From NCBI GenBank assembly GCA_964016885.1, contig OZ024742.1, positions 257,114,001 to 257,178,000 of the forward strand: 64,000 nucleotides of DNA, in the 5' to 3' direction. Under the pieces are notes generated by a model. It searched no databases. It was not told the DNA's origin and saw nothing but the letters and a program-made list of their open reading frames with translations. Positions 55,613-64,000 of this stretch are shown piece by piece (within the stretch, counting starts at the first letter, position 1; each line of letters starts with the position of its first letter). This stretch comes from Eledone cirrhosa (taxonomy: Eukaryota). The position numbers and the translations under genes were made by a program.

Positions 55613-56742
55613 ACATAAATCATGTCTTTAGAATCATCAGATATATATATATATACAAAATTAAATTAAGGATCTATTCATTGGAATATTTGAGCTTATT
55701 CTGCGGTGGATATTACGCATGTCTCGGACATGACTCCTTTAATTTAATTTTGGATATATATACGGCCTCTTAATTGTAGAGTTATCTCAGCTGAAAGGAC
55801 TCAGCTGCTATTTTTAGCTGTCGATTATCTTATTCACGCCACTGGGATGACCCTGGTACGATGTGTATAGTTTAAAAAATGCAACAAGTGCGACAGTTCA
55901 TTCGCAGATTTACATGTGATGTGTAAACACAGATAGTTAAATATTCTCCCTTGCTGAAGGTCCGGATTTGACTACTGTGAATTTACGGATTAATGGTTAA
56001 ATATATGTCTTTAATGAAATATATACAAGGAAGATTAATCATTTTAAAAGGTATCTATATTTGAAGTCTTAAGTAAAATTTAATTTAGTTAAGCTGCACA
56101 ACTGCGATCTCGCCGACTCTCTCGCACTGCATACGCAGACACAATCCGGACGTAACATACGATGTCGTTTTCAATGAGGCGCTCATTTGTCTTGAAAACA
56201 GTGGCTGGAGAATGGAGATAGGCCTCTAAGTCAATACAGCTTACATGCTTCTGACAAGAGCGTCCAGAGGTCAACGTCTACAGGGCTTCTCCGAGAGTCG
56301 AACTACGAGATCAGTGATTCTCCCATGGTCAATTGTATGTAGGATAATCTAGGGTGAGCTCGCCAAACAATCACTTCATCTTTGCTCCGGAGGGCCGAAA
56401 AAAAAATATTGTATACTCTGAGGCTCTAACAATGTAATTTAAATATTTTCTATTACTTGGAATTTCCATTATGGTTATACAACTTATTGTTTGTTAAAAC
56501 ATGTGTTCTCTGTCAAGCCTTTATTGTTGTAACTATCAATTTTCTTTAACATACTGGCTGCTGAACTGGGGAAACCTAAACACTATTCAAACCCGACATC
56601 AGTGCACGTTAACTGCCCCCAACTCATATATATTTTTATATATATATATAATATAATATAATATATATATATATAATATATATATATAATATATATATAT
56701 ATAATATATATATAATATAATATATATAATATAATATATATA

Positions 56743-56916
<174 letters not shown>

Positions 56917-57417
56917 TAAAGTGGTCCTTCATCAGTGATCTTTCAACCATCACAGGTATTACTTCGCTTTAAAGACCATATACCTTCGGTTGGTGCGAGC
57001 AACGGCTAAAAAATGTCGTTGGGACACATAGATAAAGAGAACGGTGAGAGTGTAAAAAAACAAAGATAGTGAAGCAACGAAAAGTGAGGAAGAACGAGTC
57101 AAGTCCCAAATTTCCATGAATATAAGTTCGGTAAAATCGTGAACGAGAGAGAATAAAGACCATCAAACCTGGTTGGAATGTGAGCAAGGAAGGAATTCCG
57201 TACAGGTCTAACGGGAGGAAGAAGGAATCTAGTCTGTGAATTCGGTGAACATAAGTTCTGTGAAATCGTAGACGAGAGAGAGAAAAAAGGCGAACCAGCC
57301 TGACCAAGCGTGCGAAAGAAAAGAATTACGCACAGGTCAAACGGGAAGAAGGAGGAGAAGGAGAGGTAGTAACAGAGAGTGAGTGAGTGAAGGGTGAGGA
57401 AATATATATATATATAT

Positions 57418-58210
57418 AAATGGAATAGAATGAAACGAAATTTCATTTCTCACTCTTAGTACGACAGTTACTTAAATGTAAGTATGTATGTATACGTACA
57501 TACATATATTTATACAGACGTACAGTAGTATGTATATATATACATACATGCGCACATATATATATATGCACCTATCGGTTTGCCGAACATTTATTATAAT
57601 GCTCAGTTTGTTTGTAAACAAACATACAGCCCGAATTACGCCATACAGTGTTTAGGCAACCTCGTCACCTTTTTGTTCAACACTGACACAGGAACGATGT
57701 AGTGGTTTCAAGCTTATTAGCTATGGGCAGCATCGTATACCTTCCTGCCAGATGGTTGAACGTCTGAAAGTATATATTTCCCTTATGCATATTAACGGCT
57801 GAGCAGCCTAATTTGCATATCGAGTGAGTTTACTCGGCCAGGCGCACCGAAAATGATAAATGGAATGGAATGAAACGAAATTTCATTTCTCACTCTTAGT
57901 ACGGCACTTACTTAAATGTAAGTATGTATGTATGTATACGTACATACATATATGTATACAGACGTACAGTAGTATGTATATATATACATACATGCACACA
58001 TATATATATATGCACGTATCGGTTTACCGTACATTTATTATAATGCTCAGTTTGTTTGTAAACAAACAAACAACCCGAATTACGCCGTAGAGTGTTTAGG
58101 CAACCACGTCACTTTTTTGTTCAACACTGATACAGGAACAATGTACTAGTTTAAAGCTTATTAGCTATCGTCAGCATCGTATTCCTGCCAGATGGTTGAA
58201 CGTCTGAAAG
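57418..58210 (-). mobile_element. ~444-nt HHR repeat family, 1.8-mer with decayed HHRs at 57695-57735 and 58139-58179
   Basis: Unit restarts at 57858; HHR spacing is 444 nt. Confidence 0.85.
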
Positions 58211-58694
58211 ACGCTGGACATCAATCAAATCTGTAGGGATATAGTCGGTCACAGTTAATGTGAGTGGGTACACACACACTCCACACCCACATACAGCGGC
58301 TCGAGGTCAAAGAAACATATATACATATATATACACAACTCAACACAGTATCAGACCTGTAGTATTATAGAAGGTCACAGTTAGTGTGGGTGGGTACACA
58401 CACACTCTCACACACACCGAAGCGATGTCAGAGAAAAAAACAAATATAAGAAAACAAATATAAGAATGTACTAACACAGCATTCACCGAAAGTTAGTTCA
58501 CAAAACAACAGATGATACATTGGTCAAATCTCAATTTTACGATTTAAATTGCAAATATTGGGTTAACCAACGCACCATACACACATGAGATCAGTGATAA
58601 TCGGTCATGGCTTCACAATCGATCTATCTCTGATTGAAACATGTGTCGTGATTAAATGATTGGAATTTGATCTTGCCTTCGGATTTTCATTTTG

Positions 58695-58776
<82 letters not shown>

Positions 58777-58920
58777 ACATATATAATATATATATCATAT
58801 ATATATATATATATATAAATGGGAAAAAATGAAATTTCATTTCTCACTCCTAGTACGGCTGATAGTTAAATATAAGTATGTATACTTACATACATATATG
58901 TATACAGGCGTACAGTAGAA

Positions 58921-58951
<31 letters not shown>

Positions 58952-59122
58952 ATATACGATAAATAGAGAAGGAAACCATTACGCATATATATATATATAT
59001 GTTCATGTATGTATATACATACTACTGTACACCTGTATACATATATGTATGTAAGTATACATACTTATATTTAACTATCAGCCGTACGAGGAGGGAGAAA
59101 TGAAATTTCATTTTTTCCCATT

Positions 59123-59157
<35 letters not shown>

Positions 59158-59598
59158 ATATATATATATTATATATATATATATATATATATGTAATTTA
59201 TATATATTTGTATAATATATATAATATATATAATATATATATATAATATATATGTATCTAACCTATAATAAAGTAAGGGGCGCGGAACTGCGTACGGTTT
59301 ATAATGTTTTATCCCATGAGTAAAATAAGTTGGATTACTTTGAATATATAATGAATAAATATTACATAAATTAACTACTAAACTTCGTGGATGTTCATTG
59401 AATATATTTTATTACTTATTAAAGATTCACTTCAAATGTTCAATACCCTGGGGATCTCATTAGGGGATTTAACGATCTCTCTTAGTCTTTCTCTCTTTAG
59501 ACAGATCCATAGATATAATATCTGTATGTATGTCTCGCTGTCTACACTGCAACATTATAATGCGGTGTGTGTGTTTGTGTGTATATATATGTATATAT

Positions 59599-59631
<33 letters not shown>

Positions 59632-59637
<6 letters not shown>

Positions 59638-60219
59638 CGTAAAATAAGAAAATTATAAAATTAACTTACTTACTAAAAAATCACTTCCAACTAATTAGTT
59701 TCTGGAATGGAGTAAATATATTTTCCGAAGAAACATATAGAAAATCATTCCGTCAACAGGAAAGTCTTTTTCCGTGTAAGTCTCCAGGCATAGCGAGGAC
59801 TCTGGAAACTTATTAAAAAAATAATTCAGTGGAAAGGAAATAGCGAGGCGTGGACTGGATTCCTAGCCATTGAGAAAATCACTGCCTCTACGTCTGTGGC
59901 AAATTCAAAAAGAATCAATCACGTGACATCGAGGTCAATCAGTGGAAAGCGAGTGGTTAATAAGACAGCGGCCACCCTACTACCATAGTAGCAGTCAGGG
60001 CCAAATATTGCTCGACAAATGAATTGGAGATAATTATAAGGAATTCATATCTAGTAACATTTATATACACACAGATGCATATCAATGCTAGCAAATATAT
60101 AGGTTTTGTCTTATTAACATTGTGGTTCCATGCATGGGGTTGCAGAACAATAATATGAGAGACGTAAAATAAGAAAATTATAAAATTAACTTACTTACTA
60201 AAAAATCACTTCCAACTAA
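59632..60219 (-). mobile_element. 525-nt HHR family, 1.1-mer in (TA)n; HHR at 59683-59765 (A6U)
   Basis: Homologous to 1616-2140; minus strand actttc-CUGuUGA-c-ggaatg..cattcc-a-GAAA-ctaattag-UU-ggaagt. Confidence 0.85.
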
Positions 60220-60344
60220 TATATATATATAGTGTGTAACCTTCTTTCCTTCTGCGTTCACAGAGTGATTTTTTTTCTTTTCAGAAGATCCCGTTAAGGG
60301 TGAAGCACCGATTGTTTGCTTACATCTTTAAGCTGTTATTTTAA

Positions 60345-60469
<125 letters not shown>

Positions 60470-60590
60470 CATTAAAATAACAGTTTAAGGTTTAAAGGTT
60501 TAAGCAATCAATCGGTGCTTCACCCTCAACGGGATCTTCTTAAACTAAAACAATCAATCTGTGAACGCAGAAGTAAAGAAGTTTACACAC

Positions 60591-60624
<34 letters not shown>

Positions 60625-60625
<1 letters not shown>

Positions 60626-60965
60626 CTATGCATACGTACACACATATATGTATACAGACTTACACTAATATGTATATACATACATATATGCACACATATG
60701 TATATATGTACGTATGGGTTTACCGAACATTTATTATGATGCTCGGTTTGTTTGTAAACAAACACCCCTAATTACTAGCCGTACATTGATTGGCAACCAT
60801 TGTTGCAGTTTTGTTCAACACTGACTAAGGAACGATGAACTGGTTTCTAGCTTATTAGCTGTCAGCAGCATCGTATACCTCCCTGTCAGTCGATTGAACA
60901 TTTGAAAGTATATACTTCCCTTATGCATAAGAAAAGTATATACTTTCAAACATTCAATCGACAGA
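60625..60965 (-). mobile_element. Truncated ~444-nt family copy with a decayed HHR (60833-60873) and a terminal fold-back
   Basis: Homologous to 57480-57790; hairpin at 60889-60962. Confidence 0.8.
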
Positions 60966-60977
60966 TATATTATATAT

Positions 60978-61074
<97 letters not shown>

Positions 61075-61102
61075 ATATATATATAATGTATATATATATA
61101 TA

Positions 61103-61739
61103 TCTAACCTATATATATCTAAACTATAATAAATTAAGGAGCGCGGGACTGCGTACGGTTTATAATTTGTTATCCCATGAGTTAAATAAGTTGGATTACT
61201 TTGAATAAATAATTGTTTCTAATTTAGGCACAAGTCCAGCAATTACCCAGTGCATTACTGGTAATTTATTTTATCGACCCCGTATGGATGAAAGGCAAAG
61301 TCAACCTCGGCCGGATTTGAACTCAGATCGTAAATAAAACTTTGAATAAATAATGAATGAATATTACATAATTGATCTACTAAATTTCGTGGCTGTTCAT
61401 TAAATATATTTTATTACTTATTTAAAGATTCACTTCCTTAAAATGTTCAAATGTCAACACTTCCGGTTACCGGTCGCTTAAATAAATACTCATACATTTT
61501 TGTGATACATTTTCTCCTAATGCAGTTTATATATAATAAAATCTTTTTTTAATGTATCATTGTTTTCATTACTGATTACTTAAGAGAATGTAACAGTTCT
61601 TCGTTCAATTTCTTTGTATATTATAAATTACGATTCTGTTTGATGTATCATATCTACATGCATATATGCATGCGTATAATATCAATATACACACTACACA
61701 TGTTAGCAGAAAACCACCCGAGGGTGGCTTTTCTGCTCG
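61103..61739 (+). mobile_element. Non-autonomous Helitron (5' part also at 59257-59445) with a SINE at 61214-61338
   Basis: 5' TCTAAC..; 3' hairpin gcagaaaaccaccc-ga-gggtggcttttctgc then CTCG|T; SINE TSD actttgaataaataat at 61198-61213 and 61339-61354. Confidence 0.65.
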
Positions 61740-62943
61740 TATATATATATATATATGACCGCGACGAATTTGTTTTGCGAGGTTGTTTATATGAAATCGT
61801 GTGTCGAAACAAATATTGTTATACTTGGTGAGGGTCATCTTGTTGTACTAATATTGGCAGATATAATAACAGAACACGCTCACTGTTTGGTTGGTTTTAG
61901 CTTCTGCATCTTTCATATGTCATAGTTAATTTATTTGGCAATCAATGTTTATCATTGACTGACCAACGGTTAAAAATACATATGTAAATATATAAATATA
62001 AATTCAGCGAGAAACGCATTTCGGCGGGTAGAAAAACCGAAAAGCAACGCAAATTCCGAGTCATGCTAGCAAGCGCTCCATCGGCTAAAGAGACTAGAGC
62101 AATAAACATAGGTTATAAAGGCCATACAAACTGAGAAGGCGGTCAAGAAGCCATTAACAACCTAAGCCCCCGAAAACGAGTCAAGCTAAACGAGTCAGAG
62201 AAAATAAATGACATATTCCCGCAGACACCTGGAATAGATGGTATAATGCAGTGTAATGTTTCTGCGACACCTAAATCAATAATACTGTCTGCTTAAAACA
62301 ATAAACTTTTGGTATAATGATCGAAAAAGGAATATCACGTTATCAACAGGTATTTTCTACTGCGCCAGTGTTTGGGATGACACAGCGTTTTGTAAAAGCA
62401 CATGTGTAACTCACAGGGGAAAAAAGACCAGATTTTGGCACATGAATTCAGTATGAGTAAGTCCATGTAAAAAATTGCATAAATAGCACAAATCGAATAA
62501 GCTCTCGAACGGTTAGTTTTTAAAATAAACTTATGCAATTAATCAGTCAATATAATTATTTCGGCGGGTAGAAAAAACGAAACGCAACGCAAGTTCCGAG
62601 TTATGCTGGCAAGCGCTCCATGGGCTAAAGGGACCAGAGCAATAACATATAAATATATATATATATAGGCTAACAAAGTTCTTACGTTGCACAACTGAAA
62701 CATGATCAGTGGTAATATTATCATGTTTCCTCCTATTGTGTGATATTGTAGTATTTCGGTATTTTTTATTTTATTTATTTATTTATTTTTGTATCCGACT
62801 CTGCGCATGCAGATGTGCACCGAATGTACTTTGTTAGACTAGTGTTCTGGTATCTCGAATTAGTACCATTGAACCACACGTATTATAAACAACTTGAATA
62901 TTTCTACAAGTACATTGTACCTGTTGAAGTATCCATCCACTTC

Positions 62944-62978
<35 letters not shown>

Positions 62979-62990
62979 TTATATATATAA

Positions 62991-63071
<81 letters not shown>

Positions 63072-63352
63072 TATATATATATAGAGAGAGAGAGAGAGCG
63101 AGAGAGGGAGGGATATAAAGAATGATTAATAAAACAGGTAGACACCATAAAAAGGTAATTTATTCCGAGTGTTTACTGATGTGTCTTTAGTAGTTATGCA
63201 AATAGGTAGTTGTTTATTTGCAGATACTCAATATTCTGACGCTGTTCATACCACCAATTCGTCAAAACGAATGGCTGGATTATGTTTTATTTATATTTCT
63301 TACAGGGGGTAATTGGGCAAGATAGAGTAGAAAAGAAAAAGAGAAAGAGAGG

Positions 63353-63437
<85 letters not shown>

Positions 63438-63684
63438 TGCAGGGGTAGGAGAAATGGGAGAGAGTGGTTTGAAGAATACAGATAGCTTAATCTAAATGTT
63501 GTGAGAGGGGTACAAGTGGTTTTATTGTACTGCTTACTCTCAAACTGACAACTTAGGCATAGTGTAGATATTGTCAAGTTTGGAATTATTTGTTGCCACA
63601 GAGAGCAGATTAATAGATGTAGAGAAGGAAGGAGATATACAGAGAGCGAGAGAGAGAGAGAGAGTGATAAAGGGAGAGAGAGAA

Positions 63685-63727
<43 letters not shown>

Positions 63728-63941
63728 GAGAGAGAGAGGGCGGGACAGAAAAAAAGTTAAGAGAAGGGGAAGGAAAGGCGATATACACCGAGGTGATAGT
63801 TGTAGTTTGCTGATCGTACGTCGAATATCCAGTGTAGTAATTAATCTTTACTGCATTCAGGATAATCCTAACCATTTCTTGCATAACCTAATATATATAT
63901 ATAAGTATATAAGTATGTGTGTGTGTGTATGAATTTTTATT

Positions 63942-63989
<48 letters not shown>

Positions 63990-64000
63990 AAAATAGGGAG

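Overview
Eukaryotic, AT-rich, repeat-saturated DNA with no recognisable host protein-coding gene. The tRNA-derived SINE family and the (TA)n/(GA)n/(CA)n load suggest a cephalopod such as Octopus (inference). It holds decayed Penelope-like retroelements (PLEs: several with Naiad-type RT and GIY-YIG motifs, plus one nearly complete Penelope/Poseidon-type copy at ~41.7-45.0 kb), R4/Dong, Tx1/L1 and RTE LINE relics, SINEs and non-autonomous Helitrons. Most ORF-track entries are microsatellite artefacts. The main hidden signal is about 15-20 type I hammerhead ribozyme (HHR) motifs found by eye, most with a palindromic, dimer-forming stem III. They belong to at least 8 repeat families whose 3' ends abut (TA)n tracts. 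Two non-coding families occur as head-to-tail 525-nt and ~444-nt multimers with one HHR per unit, which is retrozyme-like. Others occur as fold-back palindromes in which the 5' half of the HHR is replaced by an inverted copy, or as inverted pairs around (TA)n. Together these suggest a PLE-driven, (TA)n-targeted family of ribozyme retroelements with frequent snap-back priming. Coordinates were read by eye and element boundaries are approximate.
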